Program-made: the position numbers and the translations under genes
Assembly (NCBI GenBank): GCA_963543695.1
Contig: CAUUCF010000003.1
Coordinates: 4,252 to 68,251, forward strand
Source of the DNA: an uncultured Gammaproteobacteria bacterium
GTDB taxonomy: Bacteria > Pseudomonadota > Gammaproteobacteria > UBA9339
Reading direction: 5' to 3'
DNA: 64,000 nt
Notes under the pieces: generated by a model
The model's database searches: none
What the model was told of the DNA's origin: nothing
The model's input: only the letters and a program-made list of their open reading frames with translations
Shown here: piece after piece, positions 29,865-40,220 of the stretch
Numbering within the stretch: position 1 is the stretch's first letter
Layout of the letters: each line of letters begins with the position of its first letter

Positions 29865-30805
29865 GTACCTATCAGTCTACTTTTAGAATATATTAATACA
29901 TTTTATTAGCGTTGTAAAACGAAAAAACGCCTCCCTTACAAACGACCATTTCGTTTACTAATCACTAAAATTCCTTAGAATAATTTGATGATAATTATTT
30001 TACCACCCTACCTCAATAATCCTTATAATTTGATTGGATTTAAATTTCCGCAAAGCGAATTATCGTCATATAAATCGGTATCTTTTAATTTCATATCACT
30101 ATATTGATCTATCATTCGATTAAGATTATTGTTTGCTCTAGCTACAATTTTAATTTGTAAATTCGATAAGTTAATCATTTGACCTCCCATCCTTTCATTC
30201 TTTTCTATACTTTTACAAAGAAAATCATACAAAGAAATACCACTTTTTAAACACTCTGATCATTCTAACTTTTAAATATAGTAATTTCGTATCTTCTATA
30301 TTAACGAAAATTTTACCCGATTTAGTAACATTAGATAATATGCACATAAGCTAATTAGTATTAGCCTCGTAGTTGCCTTACTCCTACAAAACGATCACCC
30401 TTTGTAATTATCTCTTCGTGTACTACACAATTATTAGCAGTTTCTAGTTGCTAAATTACTTTTTCGATTAAAAAATAGTATTTATATTTCCATGCTGGTT
30501 CTAAGTCAATATTAAACAATTCTACCTTTTTATACTTAAATCTATTATCCTTAAAATGAAAAAATCCATTGTCGCATCGAAAGATTTAAGCATAATCATG
30601 ACGTTGTTTAAAAAATAAATCCCAATGTAATTCAAAACGATTTTCTGCTGTCAAAGTTAATGCATTTACCAACACATCTAATAATTTTATGTTACAAGAA
30701 ATAGTAACTCTTACCAAATTATTTAATCACTTTATATCAGCAAGCACCCTCTTTTTGTAAGAGATACGTGCTTTTTTAACTCAACCGAATTTTTGAAAGG
30801 AAAAG

Positions 30806-31402
30806 TTATTCTTTAAACAAACGATCTAAACTTTTAACTTGCTGCCATAAAGCCGTGATTGAAAGCTCGTTATTACTTAAAATTTGATCCGCTAATTGCA
30901 GTAAAACCGTTCTATCTTCCTGTGCTTTTAAAATGCCGTTGATTCTAGCTACAGAATAGCCTCGATTTAATAACCTTTGCTTTTGTTGATCTATACTACA
31001 ATCTACTACCCAAATTTGATCTTGCCAAAGAGGGTAACGATTCTTCAAATAAACCGGTACCACCACTAAATAATAAGGTTTTAAATAACCTCGTTTTAAT
31101 AAAGCATGACTAATTAATTCTACCTCTATTCTAACTAAAGGATGTAATAAATCTTCCAAAAACAATAAGGCATACTTATCGTTAAAAACTTTTTCCGCTA
31201 AGCTTGCCCGGTTAATTCGTTGTTGCTTAAAAATCTCGGAACCAAAATACTGGAATAATTTTGCTTTGATTGTTTGCTTACTTAATAAACCACGCACTAA
31301 ATTATCCGTGTCTAATACGAATATCCCTAATTTTTGAAAAAAAGAAGATACCAACGATTTACCGGTAGCAATGCCTCCGGTTAAAATAATGCGTGCTACC
31401 AT
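30806..31402 (-). CDS. coaE: Dephospho-CoA kinase
   Basis: 198 aa with P-loop ILTGGIATGKS at the N-terminus. Confidence 0.85.
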   Translation of the reverse strand: MVARIILTGGIATGKSLVSSFFQKLGIFVLDTDNLVRGLLSKQTIKAKLFQYFGSEIFKQQRINRASLAEKVFNDKYALLFLEDLLHPLVRIEVELISHALLKRGYLKPYYLVVVPVYLKNRYPLWQDQIWVVDCSIDQQKQRLLNRGYSVARINGILKAQEDRTVLLQLADQILSNNELSITALWQQVKSLDRLFKE

Positions 31403-31408
31403 TAGTCG

Positions 31409-32605
31409 TTATTTAACTCGAAAATAATCGATCATCCGTTTCAAAAGATTCCCTTTTTGTACCGAATGTAAAGCAATGATTTCCGTTTCTGCAATAACTT
31501 CGTCATTTAACGACAAAACTACCTTGCCACAAACTTCCCCCGCATTAACAGGTGCATAAAACGGCTTATTCCATTGAAAAGTAGTTTTCATTTCTTGCCG
31601 CAATTTAGGTAAAGTCACCCACCAATCTTTAGCAACTCCCACGCTTAAATAATTAGTTTTGCCCCCATATACTCTTACTTTACCCGCTTCCTGGTTTTTT
31701 TCTAAAATTAATTGTCGCTTAAAATGCCTAAAACCAAAATTTAATAAAGTCAAAGCCGCTTGATTACGCATTGCTTCATTTGGAGCCCCAACTAAAACCC
31801 CAATTAACCGTAAGTGATCTTTTAATCCTGAGACGATCAAACAGTAACCTGCTTTTTCAGTATGCCCCGTTTTTACCCCGTCAATCCAATCGTATTTCCA
31901 TAGTAATTTATTACGGTTAGGTTGTTTAATCCCGTTGTACTCGAACCACTGTTCTTTAAACCAAAAATAAAATTGAGGTACTTCTTTTAACCAATGATAA
32001 GTCAATTTTGCTAAATCTAACGCCGTACTATAATGATCCGGTCTAGGTAAACCCGAAGCATTTGTAAAATGAGAATCCATCATCTCTAATTGCGCTGCTT
32101 TATGGTTCATTAATTGTGCAAAAGCTTCTTCACTTCCCCCTAAATACTCAGCTAAAGCAATAGCAGCGTCATTACCCGAAACCGTAGCTACTCCCTGAAT
32201 TAAATCTTGTACCGTCACCAAAGAACCGACCCGCACAAACATTTTAGATCCACCAGTACGCCATGCTTTTTCGCTAATCGGCACTAAATCATGCAGTTCA
32301 ATTTGTTCGTGTTTTAACGCTTCTGCTACTAAATATAAAGTTAAAACTTTAGTTAAACTCGCCGGATGAATTTGTTTTTTTTCTTCAAAAGCTTTTAAAA
32401 CTTTCCCCGTACTCGCATCGATTAAAACGTAAGAAGCTACTTTAAGGTTAAGGTCAATATCTTGCCAAGGGGTAAACTCTTTCTTTAATTCATTCTTGGA
32501 AACAACTTCGCCTTTATCTTCCGTTTTTTTCTGTAGAATAACCCCTTCACCGTAAATAACCGAAACCAACGTGAACCATAGTGCTAAAAATTTATATTTC
32601 CACAT
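31409..32605 (-). CDS. D-alanyl-D-alanine carboxypeptidase (PBP5/6 class)
   Basis: 398 aa. Signal peptide, SLTK (SxxK), SGND (SxN), KTGHT (KTG) and a C-terminal PBP5-type domain. Confidence 0.85.
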   Translation of the reverse strand: MWKYKFLALWFTLVSVIYGEGVILQKKTEDKGEVVSKNELKKEFTPWQDIDLNLKVASYVLIDASTGKVLKAFEEKKQIHPASLTKVLTLYLVAEALKHEQIELHDLVPISEKAWRTGGSKMFVRVGSLVTVQDLIQGVATVSGNDAAIALAEYLGGSEEAFAQLMNHKAAQLEMMDSHFTNASGLPRPDHYSTALDLAKLTYHWLKEVPQFYFWFKEQWFEYNGIKQPNRNKLLWKYDWIDGVKTGHTEKAGYCLIVSGLKDHLRLIGVLVGAPNEAMRNQAALTLLNFGFRHFKRQLILEKNQEAGKVRVYGGKTNYLSVGVAKDWWVTLPKLRQEMKTTFQWNKPFYAPVNAGEVCGKVVLSLNDEVIAETEIIALHSVQKGNLLKRMIDYFRVK

Positions 32606-32613
32606 GTAATTTT

Positions 32614-33006
32614 TTAATCTTCTCTTACTAATTTTTCTCTAATTTCAGATACCGTTTTACATTCAATACATTTAGTCGCAGTAGGACGCGCTTCTAATCT
32701 CTTTAATCCAATTTCTGCACCACAATCTTCGCAGTAACCATATTCTAAATTATTAATTCGTACCAAGGCTTGGCTGATTTTTTTTAATAATTTACGTTCT
32801 CTTTCTTTTTCCCTTAATTCTAAATTAAAATGTTCTTCAAAACTAGCTCGATCCGTTAAATCAGGATAATTATTAGTTTCATGCAAATTATTATTACTTA
32901 CGTTATTAAGTAGTTGTTCTCGCCAATCCAACAAAGATTGACGAAAAAAATCTATATGCTCTTCGCACATATAATCCAAATTTAGATCTAGAGCTTTTTT
33001 AACCAT
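32614..33006 (-). CDS. dksA: RNA polymerase-binding transcription factor DksA
   Basis: 130 aa. Coiled-coil plus C4 zinc finger CEDCGAEIGLKRLEARPTATKCIECK. Confidence 0.85.
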   Translation of the reverse strand: MVKKALDLNLDYMCEEHIDFFRQSLLDWREQLLNNVSNNNLHETNNYPDLTDRASFEEHFNLELREKERERKLLKKISQALVRINNLEYGYCEDCGAEIGLKRLEARPTATKCIECKTVSEIREKLVRED

Positions 33007-33024
33007 AAGTATACTCCCCCTTCC

Positions 33025-33615
33025 TTATCTAGCCGTAAAAATTTTATCAATTAACCCGTAAGCTAATGCCTCTTCCGCATTCATAAAATTATCCCTATCC
33101 ACATCCTGTTTAATTTGTTCTACCGTTTTATGGGTATGTTTAGCTAAAATTTCAGCCACTTGACGATTAACTCTTAAAGCTTCTTTAGCGTGAATTTCAA
33201 TATCTTTAGCTTGACCTTGGTAGCCACCTAGCACTTGATGAATCATGACCGTAGAATGGGGTAAACAAGCTCGTTTTCCTTCTGCCCCTGCCGACAAAAT
33301 TAATGCCGCGGCACTAGCTGCTTGCCCGATACATAACGTTGCGACGGCCGGTTTTATAAAATTCATCGTATCGTAAATCGCCATCCCAGCCGTTACTACT
33401 CCTCCCGGTGAATTAATGTACAAACTAATTTCTTTTTGAGCATCCTCAGCTTCTAAAAATAACAACTGAGCAACGATTAAATTAGCCATATGCTCTTCGA
33501 TGGGTCCAACTAAAAAAATAATCCTCTCCTTCAGCAAACGAGAATAAATATCGTATGCTCGTTCCCCACGAGCATTTTGCTCTACCACCATAGGAATTAA
33601 ATTATTTCGCAACAT
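33025..33615 (-). CDS. clpP: ATP-dependent Clp protease proteolytic subunit
   Basis: ..[30 protein letters not shown].., with catalytic Ser context GQAASAAA and His MIHQ. ATG at 33615 has a GAGGGA Shine-Dalgarno upstream and is preferred over the TTG at 33627. Confidence 0.92.
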   Translation of the reverse strand: MLRNNLIPMVVEQNARGERAYDIYSRLLKERIIFLVGPIEEHMANLIVAQLLFLEAEDAQKEISLYINSPGGVVTAGMAIYDTMNFIKPAVATLCIGQAASAAALILSAGAEGKRACLPHSTVMIHQVLGGYQGQAKDIEIHAKEALRVNRQVAEILAKHTHKTVEQIKQDVDRDNFMNAEEALAYGLIDKIFTAR

Positions 33616-34873
33616 TTTTTCCCTCAAAATCCAATAAATCTACCTTTTTAGTTGTTAAGCTAACTTGTGATTGCAAATACTGGAATAATTTCTGCTCAAA
33701 AAGATTATCGGCTACTTTTGTAAACAGTTCTTTATTGTTCATCAACTGTTCAACGTTGGCCGTAGATTTATCGGCGTTATATAGATCAATTAATCGGTGA
33801 ATTTCTTGTTTCACTTCCTCATTGTTCACCGTAATTTTCCCTTCTGAAGCTAACGTTTGTATTACAAACCTTCTTTTAAGTTGCTCTTTAGCTAATTCTT
33901 GGGCCTGTTCTTCAGAACATTTTTGTTGCTTTTGCAATAAAGCTTGTTGTTTTTGCAAGAATTTAGGAGGAAATTCGCTAATCGTAATTAATTTTTCAAT
34001 ATTTTCCAAAATTTGATTGTTAACTTTATTTTGAACCTGTGACACCACATTAATCGACAAATCTTGACGAAATTGTTCTTTAAAAGTCTTCAAATCCTGT
34101 ACGTTAAATTGCTCATTTACCCACTGATCCGTTAACTCCGGTAATTCTAAAACCGATAATTCTTGAACAACCACGGCAAAATGACATAATTTACCTGCGA
34201 TCTGTTTTTCTAAATGAGAATCGGGAACGTTTAAATCGAATTCTTGAGTACTACCCACAAGTAACCCGTACAAATGATCTTCAAATTCTTTCCACAATTG
34301 ACCATCTGCCAAAACTAATTTTACTTTCTTCTTTTCGATCACTACTTCGTTATCTACTTTAATACTGAAGTCGATCACCAATTGATCTCCTTTTTGAGCC
34401 GCATGATTTTCTTTGGCTTTTTTCCAATTACCATAACGTTTTTGTAACTCCTGGAGTTTTACCGCTAACGCTTCGTCACTAATATTTACTTCCTCTTTTT
34501 CCACCGTGATGGTATTTAACGTAGGTAATTTAATTTCTGGTTTAATTTCTAATTCAACCTTAACTTCCACCCCTTCTGAATGTTGATCGTCCACCGTAAT
34601 TTGGGGATAATCTACTAGTTCGAATTGGCGTGTTTCTATCTCGTTTTGGAGCGTAGTTCTTATTTTTTGTTCTAACAAATCTTTCTTCACTGAACTACCG
34701 TATTTATTCTCTATAACAGATAACGGTACCTTACCAACTCTAAAACCAGGGATCCTTACCTTTTTAGCTAAATTTAAAAACTCTTTTTGACAGTCGTTAG
34801 AAATTTCTTCATTTGTAATCGTAAACTCAATTACCTTTTCTAATGTTCCTTGATCTCTACACTCAATTTGCAT
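33602..34873 (-). CDS. tig: Trigger factor
   Basis: ~423 aa. The N-terminal ribosome-binding motif is GFRVGKVP. Central PPIase-like region, acidic coiled C-terminus and canonical tig-clpP order. ATG at 34873 has a GAGG Shine-Dalgarno and is preferred over the GTG at 34891. Confidence 0.88.
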   Translation of the reverse strand: MQIECRDQGTLEKVIEFTITNEEISNDCQKEFLNLAKKVRIPGFRVGKVPLSVIENKYGSSVKKDLLEQKIRTTLQNEIETRQFELVDYPQITVDDQHSEGVEVKVELEIKPEIKLPTLNTITVEKEEVNISDEALAVKLQELQKRYGNWKKAKENHAAQKGDQLVIDFSIKVDNEVVIEKKKVKLVLADGQLWKEFEDHLYGLLVGSTQEFDLNVPDSHLEKQIAGKLCHFAVVVQELSVLELPELTDQWVNEQFNVQDLKTFKEQFRQDLSINVVSQVQNKVNNQILENIEKLITISEFPPKFLQKQQALLQKQQKCSEEQAQELAKEQLKRRFVIQTLASEGKITVNNEEVKQEIHRLIDLYNADKSTANVEQLMNNKELFTKVADNLFEQKLFQYLQSQVSLTTKKVDLLDFEGKNVAK

Positions 34874-34921
34874 TTTATACCTCACAACCACCTAAAAATG
34901 TACAGTACTAACTAAATAATA

Positions 34922-35003
34922 TACGAAAGGGGAGACTCGAACTCCCACAGGAATACCTACTGGAACCTAAATCCAGCGCGTCTACCAGTTCCGCCACTCT
35001 CGC
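34922..35003 (-). tRNA. tRNA-Leu (anticodon TAG), CCA not encoded
   Basis: The reverse complement is GCGAGAGTGGCGGAACTGGTAGACGCGCTGGATTTAGGTTCCAGTAGGTATTCCTGTGGGAGTTCGAGTCTCCCCTTTCGTA. It has a long variable arm, anticodon loop TTTAGGT and a GTTCGAGTC T-loop. Confidence 0.85.
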
Positions 35004-35143
35004 CTAAAATAAACATAATGATATACGATAATTTATTTCTATTTTTTTGCAAGTAAAATATCAAATTAGAAGACAGAATTAATATTGAAATTCGTTAGGC
35101 ATAAGATTAAACTGGAATTACTCATCATTATTTGGAAAAACCT

Positions 35144-35761
35144 ATGGAACCATTTAAAGCTAAAATAACTAAAAACTATTCCTTATCTCCTATTCTTTCC
35201 GAAGAAACGATCAAATTTCATTATGAAAAACATCATTGCGGATATGCTAATACTTTAAATCAATTAATTGCAAATACCGCTTATGTCGATTACAACTTAG
35301 AAAACATTATTTTGCGCGCTAGAATTTACGACGCTAAAATTTTCAACGCCGCTGCACAACTGTTTAACCATAATTTTTACTGGAAATCTTTAAAAACCAA
35401 CACCCCTTTGCCAACAGGTAATTTACGCGAATTAATCGAAACGCAATTTGGTAATATGGAAAATTTTATCGCGCAATATGCTATCCACGCTAACAGCTTA
35501 TTCGGTAACGGTTGGAGTTGGTTAGTAGAAGATTACCACCATAAATTACAGTTTATCCAAACTACGAATGCTGAAACGCTACTCGGCAATCCGAATTTAA
35601 AGTTACTATGCGTAATCGATCTTTGGGAACATGCTTACTACATAGATTATCGTAACGATCGCAGCGAGTACATCAAACAAGTATTAGAACACGGGATCAA
35701 CTGGACTTTTTGCGAGCAACGTTTCGATCAAGATTTCGACATTATCTATAACCTACTTTAA
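35144..35761 (+). CDS. sodB: Superoxide dismutase (Fe type)
   Basis: Metal ligands are in context: FHYEKHH, FNHNFYW and DLWEHAYYIDYRN. ATG at 35144 is preferred over the TTG at 35132. Confidence 0.9.
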   Translation: MEPFKAKITKNYSLSPILSEETIKFHYEKHHCGYANTLNQLIANTAYVDYNLENIILRARIYDAKIFNAAAQLFNHNFYWKSLKTNTPLPTGNLRELIETQFGNMENFIAQYAIHANSLFGNGWSWLVEDYHHKLQFIQTTNAETLLGNPNLKLLCVIDLWEHAYYIDYRNDRSEYIKQVLEHGINWTFCEQRFDQDFDIIYNLL

Positions 35762-35774
35762 AAAAATTATCTCT

Positions 35775-35809
35775 CAAATACTGTATTTATGCTATATATA
35801 CAGTATTTG
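35775..35809 (+). terminator. Hairpin immediately after sodB (putative terminator)
   Basis: caaatactgta (35775-35785) pairs with tacagtatttg (35799-35809). That is an 11-bp stem with a 13-nt loop. No clear U-tract follows. Confidence 0.4.
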
Positions 35810-36210
35810 GGTGCATTAATTTAAATAGTAAATCAGTTTTTCGAACTAAATAATCTCCGCAAGGTTTACGGTCTTATGTTTTACGTACTAATCTTCAACG
35901 AATTTCCAGTAGGCAAAACCGCTGAAATAGCCGTTCCAAAAGCACGCTCTAAACAATTTAAGGAAATGTTTTTCGTTAAATCAATTCCTGAGCTACAATG
36001 TTCTTTTCTTTCGTAACCGATTAAACCTTATTTAGCTCATGCTAAGGAAAGATCATCCCTCTTTTAGGGTTGCCTTTAACGTTCGCGTAACTAAGCTACT
36101 GTAGCTTTAACTATTGGACTGACGATCTTTCCTTTTACTGATTTTAAAACCCCGAATAATAAAGAAAAAACATAAAGATTTGCTCCGTTTTCGCCGTTCT
36201 TTTTATGTTT

Positions 36211-37326
36211 TTAGGAAGTTGTAAAATCGGTATCCATCGCTACGTTAAGCAGATAATCAGGGTACTGGGCTTGAATTCTGTCAACGACTGCTTGATAGAC
36301 TGACTTTCTCTCTTTTGTACCAAAACTTACCACTAAATCAAAACGCATAACCTTCTTTTGTACGTCTAAATAAAATCCGTGAATCTGCGTAATATTTTGA
36401 TCTGCCAACGCAATTTTTGATATCTGCTCTCTCATTTTAATTGCCTGTTCATCTTTAGTATTAGTAGAATACACTCCTATTGCCGTTAACAGTACATGAT
36501 GTTTCCTAAAGACCTCATGCATGATGGAACGAGTTAAATCGTCAAGCTCCATAGCAGTACAAGTATCTGGTACTTCCACGTGAACAGAACCTTGATATGC
36601 ATCTGGACCGTAGTCGTTCAGGATCAAATCATATACACCGTTCACCGCGGAAAAACCACGGATCGTTGCTCCTATTTCTTTCGCTAACGCGGCATCAACC
36701 CGTTCTCCTAACAACCTGGAAATCGTTTCACGTAACATCTTTACACCTGATTTAACGATAATTACTGAAATAACTGCTGCTAAATAAGCTTCTAACGAAC
36801 AAGTGGTCAACATATAAATTCCCGCAGCAACCAAAGTAGCAAACGAAATCACTGCATCCCATATTGATTCTTCACCCGCACCAATTAAAGAACCTGAATC
36901 TACTTGCTTTCCTACCTGCACAAAATATTTACCAAGGATAACCTTAACGACAATCCCAATTGCAATAATACTAAGTGATCGCCATGTATAAGTAGGCATT
37001 TCTGGGTGAAAAATACTCTTAACGGATCCTCCTAGAGAGGTAAAACCTGCGTAGAGTACGATCATCGAAATAATTAAAGCACTAAAATATTCTAATCTTC
37101 CATACCCAAAAGGATGTTTTTGATCCGGTTCCTTATTCGCCAGTTTAGTTCCAACGATAGTAATAACGCTCGATGCCACATCAGCAACATTGTTAACCGC
37201 ATCCATCGTAATCGCTATGGAGTTGGTCATCAATCCTATAGCTAGTTTTAAGGCAGATAAAGATACGTTCACCATAACGCCAATGGCACTCACTTTAATA
37301 ATGACTTTGTTTCGATTTTCTTTCAT
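36211..37326 (-). CDS. Cation diffusion facilitator (CDF) family transporter, long-C-terminus subtype
   Basis: ~371 aa. TM region with DAVNNVADVASS and HPFGYGRLEY motifs, followed by a cytoplasmic CDF domain plus an extra C-terminal domain. ATG at 37326 is preceded by an AAGGAG Shine-Dalgarno. Confidence 0.85.
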   Translation of the reverse strand: MKENRNKVIIKVSAIGVMVNVSLSALKLAIGLMTNSIAITMDAVNNVADVASSVITIVGTKLANKEPDQKHPFGYGRLEYFSALIISMIVLYAGFTSLGGSVKSIFHPEMPTYTWRSLSIIAIGIVVKVILGKYFVQVGKQVDSGSLIGAGEESIWDAVISFATLVAAGIYMLTTCSLEAYLAAVISVIIVKSGVKMLRETISRLLGERVDAALAKEIGATIRGFSAVNGVYDLILNDYGPDAYQGSVHVEVPDTCTAMELDDLTRSIMHEVFRKHHVLLTAIGVYSTNTKDEQAIKMREQISKIALADQNITQIHGFYLDVQKKVMRFDLVVSFGTKERKSVYQAVVDRIQAQYPDYLLNVAMDTDFTTS

Positions 37327-37731
37327 CAATCATGCTCCTTAGTTTTCGTTTATATGAACTTAATCCGCTTTTACGTCGTTTAGTAATATTGCAATACACC
37401 TTTAACCATCCCTCCTTTCTTTACCGAATCTTGTAACCTTTTCATCGTTCCCGTTTAGGTAAATTAAAAGTCTTTTGCTTATAAACACGTTCTTACCTTG
37501 AGTGAAACGCAAGGGTTAAATAGTAGCGTCTATCTCTACACGCGAGATTTTATTACCCTTCTTTGGAGAAAGACGTATCGTCTTTAATTCGCTCCTCGAT
37601 TAAAAATGAAATCATTGCGAATAAAAACGTTATACCCTAAAAAAATCTTGGCCTCAATCTTTCGATCAAATTTATTCTTTACATTAAATTACAGAATAAT
37701 TATATTTAAATAAAAACACCGGAATTAAAAA

Positions 37732-38178
37732 ATGAACTGTCAATTAAAAATTTTAGATCAACGTCTTCGCGATCATTTTCCTCAATACGCAACTAACGGA
37801 TCAGCAGGGTTAGATTTAAGAGCAGCCATCACCGAACCTTTAATAATTCAACCAAACCAAGTTAGTTTAATTCCTACCGGTATAGCTATTTACCTAGCGA
37901 ACGTTAATTACGCCGGTTTAATTTTACCACGATCTGGTTTAGGACATCAGCGCGGAATCGTCTTAGGTAACCTGGTAGGTTTATTAGATGCAGATTATCA
38001 AGGAGAAATTAAAATTTCGTGTTGGAACCGTAGTAACGAACAATATCTTTTAGAACCGTTAGTACGTTTAGCTCAATTAGTAATTGTGCCAATTACTAGG
38101 ACAACGTTTACAGAAGTGCAACAATTTACTACTACCGAAAGAAACGAAGGTGGTTTTGGACATACAGGTATTAAATAG
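37732..38178 (+). CDS. dut: dUTP diphosphatase
   Basis: 148 aa. [24 protein letters not shown] and a C-terminal GGFGHTG. Confidence 0.9.
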   Translation: MNCQLKILDQRLRDHFPQYATNGSAGLDLRAAITEPLIIQPNQVSLIPTGIAIYLANVNYAGLILPRSGLGHQRGIVLGNLVGLLDADYQGEIKISCWNRSNEQYLLEPLVRLAQLVIVPITRTTFTEVQQFTTTERNEGGFGHTGIK

Positions 38179-38187
38179 GAGGTAAAA

Positions 38188-39579
38188 ATGGCATACCAAA
38201 TACAAAAACAAATCCCACAAAATATTTTTAGGACTTACGATATTCGTGGAACCGTAGAAGATAGTTTTACCGAAGATAACGTTTATACTTTAGGAGTAGC
38301 TTTAGGATCCGAAATCATTGATAGAGGACTTAACGCCGTTAACGTAGGTCGTGATGGTAGATTATCTGGACCTCAATTAATTAAAGCTTTAATCGCAGGT
38401 ATTACTTCTACAGGTTGCCACGTAACCGATATTGGAGAAGTGACTACTCCTATGCTGTATTATGCTGCTGCTACTTCAGAAACACAATCGGGTATCATGT
38501 TAAGTGGTAGCCATAATCCTCCCAATTATAATGGTCTTAAAATCATCATCGCCGGAGAAACTCTATACGGACCAGCAATTACGAATTTATACCACCGCAT
38601 TATTCAACGTAATTATCACACTGGGTCAGGTATTTGTATCACGAAAGACATTACTGATTCTTATTTTCAAGCTATTACGGGTAACGTACGTCTTCATCGT
38701 CCAATCAAAGTAGTAATTGACTGTGGTAACGGTATAGGCGGAAAATTTGCTCCTCCTCTCTTTAGAGCTTTAGGGTGCGAAGTAGAAGAACTTTTTTGTA
38801 ACGTGGACGGTAATTTTCCTAACCATCAACCTGATCCTTCTATCCCGAAAAATTTAGCAATTTTACAAGCTACCGTACAAAGCAAAGGATATGAAATTGG
38901 TTTAGCTTTTGATGGCGATGCTGATCGGGTTGGTATTGTCACCGAACAGGGCATGATTATCTCGGCTGACCGTTTATTAATTCTTTTAGCAAACGACTTA
39001 TTAACTCGTCATAACGATAAGCCTATTATTTTCGACATTAAATGTAGTAGACAAGTCAAGCAACAAATCGAAAAACACCATGGTATTCCCCTTTGTTACC
39101 GTACAGGTCACTCGTTAATCAAAGCTAAAATGAAAGAAACCGGAGCATATTTAGCAGGTGAATTAAGTGGACATATTTTTATGAAAGAACGTTGGTTTGG
39201 TTTTGATGACGGTATATACGTAGCTGCTCGTATCTTAGAATTACTAGCCCAACAAAAACAAACCGTTACTGAATTATTTCGAGATATCCCTTGTACTTAC
39301 GCTACTCCTGAACTTAAAATTCCTGTTTCAGAAGAAGAAAAGTTTGAATTAATTCAAACCTTAATAGCGAAGAGTTCTTTTCCGGAAGGAGAAATTAATA
39401 TCATAGACGGTTTGAGAATTGATTTCTCCGACGGCTTCGGTTTAATTAGAGCCTCTAATACTACCCCATACCTGATCGCTTGTTTCGAAGGGGATAATCA
39501 AAGTAGTCTAGAGAGGATTCAAACTGTCTTTAAACAAGAACTTAGTAGGGTGTTACCAACTTTAAAATTACCTTTTTAA
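38188..39579 (+). CDS. algC: Phosphomannomutase/phosphoglucomutase
   Basis: 463 aa. Colinear with Pseudomonas AlgC: IFRTYDIRG, active-site SGSHNPPNYNGLKI, metal loop FDGDADR, GELSGH and RASNTTP. Confidence 0.85.
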   Translation: MAYQIQKQIPQNIFRTYDIRGTVEDSFTEDNVYTLGVALGSEIIDRGLNAVNVGRDGRLSGPQLIKALIAGITSTGCHVTDIGEVTTPMLYYAAATSETQSGIMLSGSHNPPNYNGLKIIIAGETLYGPAITNLYHRIIQRNYHTGSGICITKDITDSYFQAITGNVRLHRPIKVVIDCGNGIGGKFAPPLFRALGCEVEELFCNVDGNFPNHQPDPSIPKNLAILQATVQSKGYEIGLAFDGDADRVGIVTEQGMIISADRLLILLANDLLTRHNDKPIIFDIKCSRQVKQQIEKHHGIPLCYRTGHSLIKAKMKETGAYLAGELSGHIFMKERWFGFDDGIYVAARILELLAQQKQTVTELFRDIPCTYATPELKIPVSEEEKFELIQTLIAKSSFPEGEINIIDGLRIDFSDGFGLIRASNTTPYLIACFEGDNQSSLERIQTVFKQELSRVLPTLKLPF

Positions 39580-39609
39580 ATTATCCAGCTAAATAAACAG
39601 CTGGATAAT
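39580..39609 (+). terminator. Hairpin after algC (putative intrinsic terminator)
   Basis: attatccagct / agctggataat form an 11-bp stem with an 8-nt loop, followed by a short T-run (tttac). Confidence 0.5.
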
Positions 39610-39834
39610 TTACTAATAACGACTAGTTTAATACCTCTTTTGTTAATTAAACGGTGACGTTTTTGTTTTTGGAAATTTGACTAAGTTTTATTTAATACCA
39701 ACATGACTCAACTGGTTTAAGATACAATATTAATTTTCTTGGTTTTGATTACAACGTAAAAACCTTTCGATGAAAAGAAAATCATTTTATCTGCTTACTA
39801 TCGACCGTTTTTTATTACCGCATCAGACGTCATT

Positions 39835-39911
39835 TGGGGTGAGCGATGGGGTTCGAACCCACAACAACCGGAATCACAATCCGGGACTCTACCAATTGAG
39901 CTACGCTCACC
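39835..39911 (-). tRNA. tRNA-His (anticodon GTG) with encoded G-1 and CCA
   Basis: The reverse complement is GGTGAGCGTAGCTCAATTGGTAGAGTCCCGGATTGTGATTCCGGTTGTTGTGGGTTCGAACCCCATCGCTCACCCCA. It has the extra 5' G typical of tRNA-His. Confidence 0.9.
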
Positions 39912-39923
39912 ATCAATTTAAAA

Positions 39924-39997
39924 CGTGCTCGACAGGATTCGAACCTGTGACCCTCGGCTTAGAAGGCCGATGCTCTATCCAGCTGAGCTACGAACAC
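39924..39997 (-). tRNA. tRNA-Arg (anticodon TCT)
   Basis: The reverse complement is GTGTTCGTAGCTCAGCTGGATAGAGCATCGGCCTTCTAAGCCGAGGGTCACAGGTTCGAATCCTGTCGAGCACG. The anticodon loop is CTTCTAA. Confidence 0.9.
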
Positions 39998-40220
39998 TTA
40001 ATAACTCCATTAAATTAACAAGTTTACTTGTAATTGTCACGTTTTTTCTCACTGATCTAGCCAAATTCATCCTTTTTGATAATTATTTACCGAAAAAAGA
40101 ATGCTCATTCACGGTTCTTCTTTTCGTTAAGCTTATCACTAACGCTATATTTCGTCTTTGGTGATTTGTTTTTTACAGACGAAAACTAATTTTACTATTC
40201 TCAAAGGGACAGGAATTTTT

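Noticed and set aside
29985-29998. Possible FNR site TTGAT-gata-ATTAT ~120 nt upstream of pflB.
   Set aside because: Only one good half-site; the second half matches 3/5. In AT-rich DNA this is expected by chance, and I cannot support it without a genome-wide motif model.
35779-35806. LexA-box-like palindrome TACTGTAT...ATATACAGTA after sodB.
   Set aside because: The CTGT and ACAG halves are 15 nt apart rather than the 8 nt required for a gammaproteobacterial SOS box. The element sits at the 3' end of sodB, so it is better explained as a terminator hairpin.
36166-36212. Hairpin aaaaacataaa/tttatgttttt at the 3' end of the CDF gene as a terminator.
   Set aside because: The stem is almost entirely A:T with a 25-nt loop and overlaps the stop codon. 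It is too weak to call.
39770-40164. Two overlapping plus-strand ORFs (39770..40018 and 39925..40164).
   Set aside because: They read through the reverse complements of tRNA-His and tRNA-Arg, so the open frames are an artefact of the tRNA sequences.
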